Assembly: GCF_006345805.1 (NCBI RefSeq)
Contig: NC_043011.1
Coordinates: 20,844,464-20,908,463 of the forward strand
Length of the DNA stretch: 64,000 nt
Direction of reading: 5' to 3'
From: Octopus sinensis
Taxonomy: Eukaryota
Part shown: positions 1-13,169 of the stretch, piece by piece
How the letters are laid out: every line of letters begins with the position of its first letter
Position numbering within the stretch: position 1 is the stretch's first letter
Notes under the pieces: model-generated
Seen by the model: only the letters and a program-made list of their open reading frames with translations
What the model was told of the DNA's origin: nothing
Database searches by the model: none
Program-made: the position numbers and the translations under genes

Positions 1-1420
1 TAAAATATTTTGGACCTGGGTTTGCACCCCCAAGCAAATTTTGTCCCTTAGCCAGTGGTCTTGGGTATACAAAAGTGAGGAGATGGTCATGCCTGGAATA
101 TTTTCAATCACAGATCTATTTATTTGATCTCAGCAGACTCAGGGTTAAACATCATATATCTTTATGGTTGTCTTCTTTTAGATCAAAAATGTTTCAGCTA
201 TGACCACCCCTTATTTGTATCCAGATACAGGGTTTTCAGGGTTACTTAGCACAATGTGCCTCACCAATTTTAAACACAATGGAACCTGGTGTGGTCCCCA
301 GCTTTACCAGCTCCAGTCAAACCATCCAACCCATGCCAGTTTGGAAAATGGGCGTTAAATGATGAAGATGATCATAATGATAATAACGATAGCTGGGTGT
401 GATTTGAGGTAGATTTGACTGCTATTTCTATTGACTTCATATGATCATTATTTTAGCCTTAAATCAATACTGATCTAGCAGACCTTTTATTAGAGTTAAT
501 TCCAGGTGAGACTACCAGTTTTATTTTTTTATTTTTTTGTTAAGAAGTGTCTCTGTATTATCCAACATGTCCTTTTAGGATGCAATTTGAAGGCTTGGCT
601 GCTACTTTTAGCAAGTGGAGCAACTATGTAGAGGCAGCTTCATTGGCTCTATGGATTTTGACTTTGGCAGGACTGTAAACTTAGACATTTATATCTAAGA
701 TTTCCAAGCAGATTCACTGAAATAAATGTACTTTGTTTCAGAATGCAATGATACTGACAACAGACCTTTAAATTTTATTTGACACATCTATTGTTATTGC
801 TATTGTTAGCTTGTTCATGCTGACATAAATTTATATTCAGAAAATTCCATATATTAAAGATATAGAAGGGTCATGGGTTAACATGTCAGTGGCACTGTAC
901 TGTATTCTGACATTAGAACACTGACTGAAGATATGTTAATAAGAGGCGTTGTTAAGTGTAACACTATGACATTAGCCTGATTAATATTCAGTTTCTAAAA
1001 TGTTACAGATTAGAAGACGGAGAACATATGGCCTAGAAAGATGTTTCAGAGAGAAGTAGGCCTGTTCAACATTCAGTATATTTCTCCTTGTTCAGTTTAC
1101 CCCATCAGTAACCATCCTTTGCTCTTCCCATACACTCTTGCAACCTCTATCAATCCATCTTTCTTATTCTTCTGTCCCCTGGGCCCACCATGACACCTCA
1201 TCACCATCATTTTGTATATGAGAGGCTAGGTATCTCCTCTACAGTAAGAAACTTGTTCTATCCATTTGTTTTATGCTTTAGTCTTTCATCACTTAGCACA
1301 GTGTTTCTCAACTGTTTTTTTTTTACCTGTGGACCCCTTTTGATCCCTATTTTATTTGGATAGACCCTCTTAGACATTTGATGTTTAAAAATCCTATTAT
1401 ATTTTTATGATTAAATATTA

Positions 1421-1833
1421 TTACTCTTACTCTTTGCTCTTTTACTTGTTTCAGTCATTTGACTGCGGCCATGCTGGAGCACCGCCTTTAGTCTAGCAAA
1501 TCGACCCCAGGACTTATTCTTTGTAAGCCTAGTACTTATTCTTTCGGTCTCTTTTGCTGAACGGCTAAGTTACGGCGACGTAAACACACCAGCATCAGTT
1601 GTCAATTGATGTTGGGGGAACAAACACACACACATACACATATATATATATATATATATGTATATACATACGACGGGCTTCTTTCAGTTTCTGTGTACCA
1701 AATCCACTCACAAGGCTTTGGTCAGCCCGAGGCTATTGTAGAAGACACTTGCCCAAGGTGCCACGCAGTGGGACTGAACCCGGAACCATGTGGTTGGTAA
1801 GCAAGCTACTTACCACACAGCCACTCCTATGCC
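1421..1833 (-). mobile_element. tRNA-derived CORE-like SINE, family A (internal TA/TG microsatellite, AAGAGTA tail)
   Basis: Head ggcataggagtggctgtgtggtaag, B-box ggttcagtccc, CORE-like ccttgggcaagt; many near-identical copies in the window. Confidence 0.85.
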
Positions 1834-2651
1834 TAATGTTATTGACAGTAAGTTCAAAGTTTCAACAAGTTAAGCCATCGTCAGATTGCAATGAACTGAA
1901 GTTAATCTTGGTTTTATTTAATCTCTGTTGAGTTAAAATTGTAGTGATGCTGCTGTGTAAGGTTCAGCGCACATGCGCAGAATGGGATTACTTCCGGTTG
2001 GCCACCGGAAGTCTTCCCCATGCGCATGTGCGGGAAACTGACCCCTAAAACGCGGTCCACTCACTCAGCCTTTCTGGCCCTAGCAGCCCTCGTGAATGGA
2101 CGTGTGTTGGCAGTCTCTGAGGACTTCATACCAACCAAGCAGCGAACCACAACGAATCATTTCAACCAACAAACAAGAATCAGTACTACAGATTCGGCTG
2201 TCGGTTTCCCTCCAGAGAACACGTACACCATTTCTACATTACGACAAGAAATAAACAACATTTTGCTGTGTTCGTAGATCGCCTGACTTGTCTGTTATTT
2301 TAACTAAAATTGAATGTGACGGGATCAGATCGGACACCCCTCCAGTGATACCAAAACTGATCCTGTTACAAAATCTTACTTGAGTGGAATGGTAAATACA
2401 CACCTGCTTGCAAAGTTCTTCATACATGAATAAATCCTCAACACCAGATTTAATTAATAAAAACTTCCCCAAAACACCTCTATCATAACCCATCCTACAG
2501 CCTAATCACCACTTCACTCAACAGAGACTACATAAAACCAAGACTAACTCCATTGCATCAAAGTTCCATGATGGCTTTGTTGACCAAAACTTCGAAGTCT
2601 CTATCAATAACGTTCTTGTTTAAGAATAATAGATTTGTACTCTAATGCTTC

Positions 2652-2809
2652 AGCATAGGAGTGGCTCAGTGGTAAGTAGCTTGCTTGCGAACCACATGGT
2701 TCCGGGTTCAGTTCCACTGCTTGACACCTTGGTGTTTTCTTCTATAGCCTCAGGCTAACCAAAGCCTTGTGAGTGGATTTGGTAGACGGAAACTGAAAGA
2801 AGCCCATCG

Positions 2810-2842
<33 letters not shown>

Positions 2843-3314
2843 ATATGTTTGTGTGTCTGTGTTTGTCCCCGCAACATCACTTGACAACCGATGCTGGTGT
2901 GTTTACATCCTCCAAACTTAGCAGTTCGGCAAAAGAGACCAATAAAATAAGTACTAGGCTTACAAAGAATAAGTCTTGGGGTCGATTTGCTTGACTAAAG
3001 GTGGTGCTCCAGCTGGGCAAGTGTCTTCTTCTACAGCCTCAGGCCAACCAAAGCCTTGTGAGTGGATTTGGTAGACGGAAACTGAAAGAAGCCCATCGTA
3101 TATATGTATATATATGTATGTGTTTGTCCCCCCAACATCACTTGACAACCGATGCTGGTGTGTTTACGTCCCCATAACTTAGCAGTTTGGCAAAAGAGAC
3201 CAATAGAATAAATACTAGGCTTACAAAGAATAAGTCCTGGAGTCGATTTGCTTGACTAAAGGCGGTGCTCCAACATGGCCACAGTCACATGACTGAAACA
3301 AAGTAAAAGAGAGT
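2652..3314 (+). mobile_element. SINE family A with internal tandem duplication
   Basis: The body restarts at tgggcaagtgtc (about 3014) after ggtgctccagc. Confidence 0.85.
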
Positions 3315-3319
3315 AATGT

Positions 3320-3660
3320 CCATGGAACAGATTTCCTCTACAAATCAGCACTGGTACTGCAAATGCATCGTAGGATATTGTCTTGTAAGAGATGAGTTCT
3401 GACTACCATATTTTTATAAACGTGATATAATTTTCTTGGTTCACTCTATCTTTATTCAGAACACCTTCGTATATTTTTCCATCAATGCCTAGGTATTAGT
3501 AGCATTCTTTGTGTGGAACAGGAAAGATCGTGGGACTGTTGATGCACAGGTTTTTGATCATTCAATAATCAAATATGAACAGTTCTTTTGTCCAAATTCC
3601 ATTTCTATGTCAGTCAAAAATGTTATTGTAGTATAAATCTTCAGGTCATCCACAGTAAAG
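3320..3660 (-). mobile_element. Degenerate R4/Dong-like non-LTR retrotransposon RT fragment
   Basis: Minus strand translates ECY*YLGIDGKIYEGVLNKDRVNQENYITFIKIW*SEL...AFAVPVL (YLG motif and thumb region), with stops. Confidence 0.6.
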
Positions 3661-4076
3661 AGTAACCCATCAGATTAATTTAAAATTGTTTTAATTATAA
3701 TTGAACATGAAAACAAACATTATTTATATATATATATATATATATATACTCAAAATAAGCAACAAGAATATCTTCGGTAATTTATTAAAGGAAAACCTCT
3801 ATAAATGGCTGATGATTGCTCAACATTTCAAAACTGTTGTAATACTTACAATGTTTAATAAAATGATGTAGCACCAAACGATCGTACCAAATTACCGAAG
3901 ATATTCTTATTGCTTATTTTGATTATAACCACCCCATGGATTTATATTGATAACACCATACAAAATTCTGGTGCATCTAATTTAAGTACCATATTCATTT
4001 GAATCTAAATTTTGTTGAACTTATATATATATGCCTAAATGGCTTACAAACACCTTCCACGCTGCAATTGTTTTCG

Positions 4077-4111
<35 letters not shown>

Positions 4112-4504
4112 AAGATGGAGACAGACAGATGTGTTGACAAGTAGAATGCTGAAATCAGTGAAATCAACTTAGTCTCAGTAACGTGTATATAAATGCATGC
4201 ATAACATAGTTGTAATAGATTTGAATGACATCTATGCTCACGATTGTCTCCCTTGCAAACATCACCAATTACTTGTGCAACAACAGATCATTACTAGACT
4301 CATTCTGTGCAGATTATCTCCAGTCTATTACTCAACCTTACTTCACTATCATGTAATTTTATGTTTAGTTTATACAATTTGCTTTTCATACAGAAATAAA
4401 TCCTATGCTGCCATCAGGAATAACAGAACCTTGAATTCCATGCATCTATTTCTTATTTTAGGTACTACACACATAATGATGTCCAACAAGTAGAAACTTA
4501 ACTA

Positions 4505-5027
4505 TTGGGTTGTCCGGAAAGTTCGTGCAGATTTATAGTAGCTTACCTTTCGACTTATTTTAGAACATGGTCGAGTCCATAAAATAGGATTTGACTACAC
4601 CTCCATTTAGAGTACAGTTTAAGCTATCTTTTCATGGAAGAAGGTTTATGTTCCTATAACCAGTGTTAATTCTGTAATCCTTTAAAATGAAAGATAACAA
4701 AATTCATTTTCCGCACTTGATGCTTTGGGAACCAGACAAAAATTGCTGCAGCTCGGCTGGAATGTGTTACCCCACCCTCCATATTCACCAGATATTTGCT
4801 ACTTCGGATTTCCACTTATTCAGGTCTCTGCAGAATAGTCTTAATGGTAAAAATTCCTTGGATGATGTAAAAAGATACCTTGATGAATTCTTTGCCATGA
4901 AACCACCTCAATTCTTGGAAGAGGGTATTTTCAAGTTAAAGGAAAGATGGAGATGTATTGGGCAGCAACTATTTATTGACCATTTTCTTTCCTTTAAAAA
5001 TCGGTACAAACTTTCCGGACAACCCAA
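4505..5027 (+). mobile_element. Internally deleted mariner
   Basis: TIRs ttgggttgtccggaaagt / actttccggacaacccaa, TA at both ends; transposase remnants (SDFHLFRSLQNSL...ERWR). Confidence 0.92.
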
Positions 5028-5193
5028 TACAATTAATGAGTAGCCCATAGTTTGAGGGTGGTAGATTCAACATATATGATTTTGTCCTAGGATAACTTTT
5101 AGTATAAACATTAATACCTGACTGCCTTTTTCCCACCTTACATTTTGTCTTGCAGACATTCCATATATTCTGGTTGGATATTAGCCATGCCAT

Positions 5194-5690
5194 GTGGAGG
5201 CGCAATGGCCTAGTGGTTAGGGCAGCGGACTCGCGGTCGTAAGATCATGGTTTCGATTCCCAGACCGGGCATCGAGTGTTTATTGAGCAAAAACACCTAA
5301 GTTCCACGAGGCTCCGGCAGGGGGTGGTGGTAAACCCTGCTGTACTCTTTCACCACAACTTCCTCTCACTCTTCCTGTTTCTGTTGTACCTGTATTTCAA
5401 AGGGCCAGCCTTGTCACACTGAATCTTCCTGAGAACTACGTTAAGGGTACACATGTCTGTGAAATGCTCAGCCACTTGCACTTTAATAAATGAGCTGCAA
5501 CATCACAGGTGCCAAGCTGTATCTGCCGTTGCCTTTCCCGTGGATAACATTGGTGGTGTGGAGAGGGGAGGCTGGTATGCATGGGTGGCTGCTGATATTC
5601 CATAAACAACCTTGCCCAGACTTGTGCTTTGGAGGGTAACTTTCTAGGTGAAATCCCATGGTTATTCAAGACCAAAGGGGGAATCACACA
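5194..5690 (+). mobile_element. tRNA-derived SINE (family B/C) with 13-bp TSD
   Basis: A-box tggcctagtgg, B-box gtttcgattcc; tattagccatgcc at 5179-5191 and 5693-5705. Confidence 0.8.
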
Positions 5691-5705
5691 TGTATTAGCC
5701 ATGCC

Positions 5706-6018
5706 GTGAAGGTGCATGGCTTAGTGGTTTGAGTTTTTGGCTCACAATCGCAAGGTCATGAGATGAATTACCAGCAGCACAGTGAGTCCTTGAGCAAGAC
5801 ACTTTATTTCATGTTGCTGCAGTCCAGTCAACTGGCAAAAAATGAGTTGTACTTGTATTTCAAAGGGTCAGCCTTGTCATGCTGAATCTCTGAGAAATAT
5901 GTTAAGGGCACAGATGTTTGTGGAGCACTCAGCCACTTGCACATTAATTTCATGAGCAAGAAGTTCCATTGATCAGATCAACTGGAATGCTCGTTGTTAT
6001 AACTGATGGAGTACCAGT
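5706..6018 (+). mobile_element. tRNA-derived CORE-like SINE, family C
   Basis: tggcttagtgg head; ccttgagcaagacactt core. Confidence 0.75.
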
Positions 6019-6709
6019 AATTAGCCATACCAAATGGACCCTTCTGGGAGGCCCTGCATAAGTTATAGAAATTCTTGTACATTTAACCCTTTAGCATTTA
6101 ATCCAGCCATATTCAGCCCAAATATTTTACCTGGTTTTTGTTCAAACTGGCCAGTGAAATCTCAGAGGTTTTCTTCCCAACCACATGATTCTGGGATCAA
6201 TCCTACTGCGTGGCAACTTGGGCAAGTGTCTTCTTCTATAACCTCAGGCTGACCAAAGCCTTCTGAGTGGATCTGGTTGATGGAAACTGAAAGAAGCCCA
6301 TTCTATATGTATCTGTTTGTCCCCACTTGACAACCGGTGTTGGTGTGTTTGTGTCCCCCATAACTTCGCAGTTCAGCAAAAGGGACCTATAAAATATGTA
6401 CCACTTCTCACAAAAAGGGAAAAAAAAAAAACTACAGGGGTCAATTCATTTGACTAAAAATTCAAGGCAGTGCCCCCAGCACAGCCAGTCTAGTGACTGA
6501 AACAAGTAAAAGAAAGGATAAGAGAAAATAAGTATTACATTTAACAGAATACTCAGTCTAAATAAATAAAGGAAGGAAGGAAGGAAACAATAATTACATA
6601 TTCAGGTACAACATTGAATTCCAAAACCTTTAGTTCCATAGCCTTTCCAGATTTTTTTTTTTTAACCTGAAACAAGGGAGGTCACCTTTGTCAAGACACT
6701 AAATTACAC

Positions 6710-7155
6710 TGGTTTCAAATTTTGGCACGAGGCCAGCAATTTTGGGAGATAGAGTGAGTCAATTACATCGACCCTGAAAGGGATGAAAGGCAAAGTCAAC
6801 CTCAGCGGAATTTGAACTCAGAATGTAAAGATGGACGAAATGCTACTAAGCAATTTGCTCAGCGTCTTAATGATTTTTGTCAGCTTGCTACCCTACTGAG
6901 CCAAGGGTGGTCACCTTAGTCAGCACACTCTAAATTAAACAAATATCGTCTTCAAATTTTGCACAAGGCCAGCAACTTCGAGGGTAGGTGTAAATCGATT
7001 ACACTGACCCCAGTGCTCAACTGGTACTTGTTTTATTGACACCAAAAGGATGAAAGACAAAGCCAACCTCAGTACAATTTGAACTCAGAATGAGATGGAT
7101 GAAATACTGCTAATCAATTTGCCCGGTGTGCTAACAATTCTGCCAGCATGCCACC
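6710..7155 (-). mobile_element. Two tandem SINE family D copies (central domain gtcgactttgcctttcatcctttc, Meta/MESC-like from memory)
   Basis: The second copy (6947-7155) is flanked by the 17-bp TSD ctaaattaaacaaatat (6930-6946, 7156-7172). Confidence 0.8.
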
Positions 7156-10100
7156 CTAAATTAAACAAATATTAAATTTATCTAAATAATTAAATGAAAT
7201 ACAAGCACCTGCTGCACATTAGCATAAATGATAAAAGTTTATTAATACTGGACTGTGCAAAGTACCGGTAAACTAGTCTTGTGACAGCAAGAATTTGAAT
7301 ATCTTGCTTGTAAATTAGGATGGATTATAAAAGGTTCCGGATCTTCAGTGTCTGGAGAGTCCAGTGTTGTACCTGTATTACAATAAATAATGAAACACCA
7401 ACTCAAGATTTGCATATATAGTTTAATGTAATTCAAACAATGGGTAGTCTTTAAGGACGAAAAAAATATTACTGAGTGTTTTCTCAAGCAAATGACTCAT
7501 TTTACAAGGGAGGAAAAACAACAAACAAAAAACTCCATATATTTTACTATGTACATTGTAAAATTGTGTACTAAATGATAGTCTCTCTATACAGAATGGT
7601 AGAATTTGTGGCTGTCATGAGCAGGGCCAAAGAATTGAGGGTTTTTTTTTTTTTATATATATTTGCAATTATGGAAGTGAGAGAAAGAAGGGAAAGTATG
7701 ACAAAAAAAAAAAAAAGAAAAATCTATCATGATGTTTACTTTTTTAGTAACTTTTATATGTATTTTTATATATATATATACATATATATATATTAGATTA
7801 AAAATATAACTGTATATCAATTTTTCTTAACTTGATTTCTTTTGTGTGCTTGTTCGATTTTTTTTTAAATTGAAGGGATTTCTATTTTCAGATGTGGGAG
7901 GGAAAGCAAAATATTAAACAAAATATAAAATTAATATAAAAATTAAGCATAAGAAAGAAAGAAAAAAATAGAAATGGCTATGTAAAAAAAGTGAACTTGA
8001 AATATTTGTTTTTGCAAAGCAAAGCTTTCATGAGATAAAAAAAAATTGAAACCATTTCCTCTGCCTCCTCATTATCAACCAATACTTTCAGATCTGCAAG
8101 AGTTTAGTTTACATCAGACTTAATTTCCCATGACTTTATTGGAATACCGTTGTGTAGTAAGTAATGCACTAAAGAAGAATACACAGAATTGTTTCTCTGT
8201 TGTCTTCTTTAGGTCCATGGGAAGATTTGAACTCTTTGAACTTACAAACTGCACCACTGCAACCTAATGAAAACACTTGTGAACTATGGTTGTTCTCGTT
8301 GCTCTCAACGATGAACTGTACCTAAAAGGGTTTCTGGTTTTGCCTTTTTTTTTTTCTTCCCCACTTTAAATAATATCAACAGAATTATTCACAGCAATTT
8401 ACAGCAACACTCAAAAACAGTTTCATGAGAGAGAAACAAAAAAAAAAAAAGAAAGAAATTAAAAATATCATAAATAATGTGAAAACGAAAATACAAAAAA
8501 AAAGTGACTGAAGCGAAAAGACCAACAAATTTTTTTTTTATAAAAATCAAAGAAAAATAAACAAGAAAATGAGACCCTAACCCACCCCCACCTCAGTACC
8601 CCTAAGAAAATATTTGGTAAATGTATACTCATTCCCAGCAACTTCCCAAATAAAGATAATGATGAATCTATCACCTGGCAAGGAAGGAGGCTTCAAAAGA
8701 GTGATGGGTTCTCTCGTCATCAATGTGACTTTTCACCAAATTTTAATTATATTTTTTTTGTTTAATATGTACTCAGGAATAGTGATTGTAATACAAAGAG
8801 TACTATTTGTTTGTATGAGTGATAGAGAGAGAGGTAAGGCAAAAAAATATAGGATATTAGATACATGTTGACCAACATTCTTAACTAAGGTACAAAAATG
8901 TTAACTTAAGCCAATCCATTCTTTTTCTGATAAACTACTGATACAAGAAAGCAATGCTTAGCAAACCAAATACTTTAATATTGTAGGTAAGTAGTACATC
9001 GCTGGTACTCTTACGTAGACAGTGGCATCTTCTAAGTATCTCATATACCACAAGCAATGATACGGTGCAAGTACTCATACCACTGTAGACCTATTAGAAA
9101 AATATCGCCTTATAAGAATACAAACACACTAAACATTTTATTTTAAATGAGAACCCCGCCCCTCACAAAAAAACAAAACACAAAGTAGCAAACCCAAAAT
9201 AAAAACACCTTTACTACAAAAATATTGTGTTACTCTATTAGTATATTTACTTGAGTACTTTATTAATGAAGTGAAGATGATATTTAAATGAATTGAGATA
9301 TACAAAATTTTTTTTTGTTGTTTTTCTTTTCTTTTCTTTTTTTTTTTTTACATAAACATGATTACTTTAACAATCTTGAAAGGCAGAAAGGCAAAGTTGA
9401 CCTGATGAGGTTGTGTACTCAGAATATAAACAACTGGTATTTTATCTAATGCTCTAATAATCTGGCCAATCCACAACCTTAATAATCTTTTAATATAGGG
9501 CACAAGGCCACAAATTTTTGGGAGAAGAGAGCACACTGTGTAACAAAATTTTTATTTTATCTTTTTGTCTTTGGTCAGTAAGTGTTATTTCCTATTTGGT
9601 TGTATTTAGAAATCGAAGCAAATGACTACTATTCCCTTCACACTTTGCTTTTGTGACTGACCTGGACATCAATGTTTTGAAACTGACCTATTTTCCATTA
9701 CATTTCAAGCAAACTCTGTGCAGAGTTGCTGAAGCAGAATTTTCTAGAAATTTCTAAAAGTTTTAGGATTTCTAGAACATTCTGGCAACACAGATGGCAG
9801 CATAAATACAAGGATCGTAAGCTGAACAGTCCAGTTTATTTCTAGCTGTCCAAATGGTGACAAGTGGGCAAAAGTCAAGTTTGAAGGAAATATTAACCAT
9901 TCTTCATACTTTGTAGGGGTAAGCAAATAAGAAACAACAGCTGCTACCCAAGGACAAAGATCATGTCACAGTGTTGACACTAGTATTGGGCTGGTAATTT
10001 GTTTTATTAATCCCGTAAAGATGAAAAGCAAAGTTGACCTTGCTAGGATTTAAACTCAGAACATAAACAACCATAACTAAAATACCACAAGGTATATTTG

Positions 10101-10599
10101 TTTGATGCGTTAAAAACTTTGCCGATCTGTCACCCTCTTTACTTACATAGGCACAAGGCCAGAAATTATCAATCCTAGGAATGATGAAAGGTAAAGTTGA
10201 CTGTGGTGGGATTTTGACTTTGAACATTAATGAAGTAAAATAAATATAACAAGGCATTTTGTCTTATGTGCTAATGAGAACCAATTTGCTACTTTCCATT
10301 GTAATAATAATAATAATAATGGGTTCAAACTGTGGTATAAGACCAGCAATTTTGGGGAAGGAGGTAAGTCAATTAGTTCAACCCCAGTATTCAACTGGTA
10401 CTTATTTTATTGACCTCGAAAGGCTGAAAGGCAAAGTTGACCTCGTTAGAATTTAAACATGCAAAATGCTTAGTGCTGTTTGGCCAGGCATGCTGATGAT
10501 TCTGACGGCTGGCCACCTTATGACTTCAAATATTGGCAGAAATTCACAGATTCTGAAGTGGGAATGTAGTCAACAGAAGTGATATCAGTACTTGATCAA

Positions 10600-11078
10600 T
10601 GTTTTACTATCAAATCTAAGTACAGATTTCAAACTTAAAATCTTCAAAGCCACAGTCGAACCAATTCTACTATATGGCTCAGAAACCTGGACGTTATCAA
10701 AGAAGCTTGAGAGGCGGTTGGATGGAACTTACACTCACCTCCTTATGAGAGCTCAAAATCTCTCGTGGAAGCGTCATCCAGCCAAAGTACAAATATATGG
10801 GAAACTACCACCTGTACCATCTCTTGTGAAAGGTAGAAGAGTCCAGTTTGCTGGACATTGTTGTAGAGCTGAAAACGAGGTAATTTCTGCTCTTCTTCTC
10901 TGGAAGCCATCTACTCGCAATACCAGAGGGCGCACACTCTCCTACCCTGATGTAATCTCCAGGGATACAGGCATCCAGCAACAAGACCTCCGTAATGCTA
11001 TGATGGACCGTGAAGTCTGGCGTAGCATAGTAAATTCCATTGTTTCAACCACAGTCAAACAATGATGATGATGATGAC
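10600..11078 (+). mobile_element. RTE-clade LINE 3' fragment (family 1)
   Basis: ORF KLKIFKATVEPILLYGSETWTL...[11 protein letters not shown]...DREVWR followed by a (GAT)n tail. Confidence 0.9.
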
Positions 11079-13169
11079 TATATTGAAAGAAAAGAAAGGA
11101 TATATGATGCTTCAGCAAGATCTGGCTTGAGAACATAAATCTGAAATAAGATCTTACAATGCTAAAGTTTGCACAACTTGATGACAGGCACTCATACTCT
11201 TGGTACCCTGGTACTCATGCAATATGTTTGTTTATACATTACAGTACAATGATGCGTTTGAGTAATTCAGAAGATTACTGAATTTGAAATTCATAAAACC
11301 TAATAAAGAATTTTACTCTTAATTTTTTCTTTTCTTTTTTATTTTGCTGTGAAAATATGCTTTTATTTTTCTAAGAAACTCATTTTGCGACCATGTGGTT
11401 TTGGGTTAAATCCTCACTGCATGGCACCTTGGGCAAAGGTCTTCTACTATAGTATTAGGTTAATCAATGCCTTGTCAGTAAATTTGGCAGACAAAAACTG
11501 TGTGAAAGCTCATCACACATACATATGTACACATGTGTATGTGTGTATCTTTGCATTTGTTCCCACCACTGCTTGACAATCAGTGCTGGTTTGTTTACGT
11601 CCTTTATAACTTAGCAATTCAGCAAAAGAGACTGATGATAAAATAAGTACTAGACTTAAAGAAAGTACCAGGGTGGATTTGTTCAACTAAACCATTCAAA
11701 GCAATGATGCCCCAGTATGGAGCATTCAGTCCAATGAATGAAACAAGAGGCAACAGATAACCAGAGAATTTTTCCAGTGTGGCCATACTAGGGCACTGCA
11801 TCAACTCCAAGTATATAAACAATTGTATCGACCCCAGTTCTTGAAAACTGCTGTTATTTATTTATTTATTTTTTTGTAACGATTTAGTCAGAAGAAATAT
11901 AGTGCTTATAACCCTTTTTCAGGGATTTCATTGTTGTTGGGAGGAAGATATCCTAAGCTCAAAGACCTGGTCTGAATGCAACAGAGTGATTGCTAATAAA
12001 GGTACTCAGGGACGAAGTGGTGGCATTATGCTGGACAACAGACTATCAACCTCAGATGGATGAGAGAAAAAAATCAATCTGAATGAAATAGCAAGAAACC
12101 AAATAAAACAAGGTTTTTTTTTTAAATCTGAATTTCTGAGATTAAGTTATCATTAATCTACACTAATAAAGAGAGGTGGATAAGCAGAATTATTAACCCT
12201 TCTGTTGCCATATTTCCATTGAAATGAAGATATGAAAAGTTTAGTAAAATAATTTTGTCATTCTTAAGCTGTTGCTTGGGACATAAATGAATTTGAAATT
12301 TTGAAGGAAGGTTTTATTTTATACCACTTTTTAATAGTGGAACTTTATATCAAAGAATCAGGGCAACCTCAGGTGGATTGGTATCAAAAGGGTCAAAATG
12401 CTTTGCAGTTTTTGCTCTTGCTCTTCACATTCTGAGTTCAAATTCTGCCCGAGTTGAACTTCTCCTTTTGTCCTTCCGTGGTCAGCCACAATTTCTAGTC
12501 TTGTACCTATGTTGAGGAATTATTATTATTATACACTGTTATAGTTAGTTAGTTAGTTATATTTGGACTAGTGTCCTTATCTTGGTTGTAAGTTAATTAA
12601 ATCAAATCCAGTACTTTATTTTATCAACCCTGAAAGGATAAAACGGCAAAGCTGACTAATGGCACGATATGAGCTCAGAACACAAGTACTATAATTAATA
12701 ATGGTAAAATGCACATATTTATAATGCTAGCAATATAAACAAGACTGCATTTTGCACCAAAAGCAAATATGAGAGTGTCTTTCACTGTATCAATCACAGT
12801 ATAGTTTGCTCTAATAAAGCACCCATGTTTAAGTGAGGTTATATATTACCTCTCAGTATTAATTTTGCCTGTCACTAATATATATTTTTTAGGAAAGCAT
12901 TTTGCTAAATGCTGTAACTATTCTAGTCAGTAGTAGTATGTTTTAACTAAGTATAAGGATAACTTATGCAATGAAGTGGGCAGGAAGTATATAGTTGAAA
13001 TTAATACTATTTTAAACCACAGACAGGCGGAATAAAATTAGTAGTGATATTAATAGCAACAACCACCACAACAATGGTGATAACATGATACCAACAAGAA
13101 CAATAATACTAATAAACAGGTATTGATGCAAGTAGCATAGATGAAAGGGGAAAAATATATAATAAGAAT

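Noticed and set aside
1599-1931. Recurrent ORF family (RRASFSF..PNPLTRLWSARGY..., YDGLLSVSVYQIHSQGFG...)
   Set aside because: Antisense translations of SINE A copies, not a gene family.
2020-2277. 85-aa ORF as a gene
   Set aside because: No recognisable motif or splice context; it lies in a probable LTR-like segment.
9016-9090. SECIS element or miR-26-like intronic miRNA
   Set aside because: The AUGA/GA quartet geometry and apical AA do not fit, and the CDS has no in-frame UGA. miR-26 is hosted by CTDSP1/2/L rather than CTDSPL2, and no matching sequence is seen.
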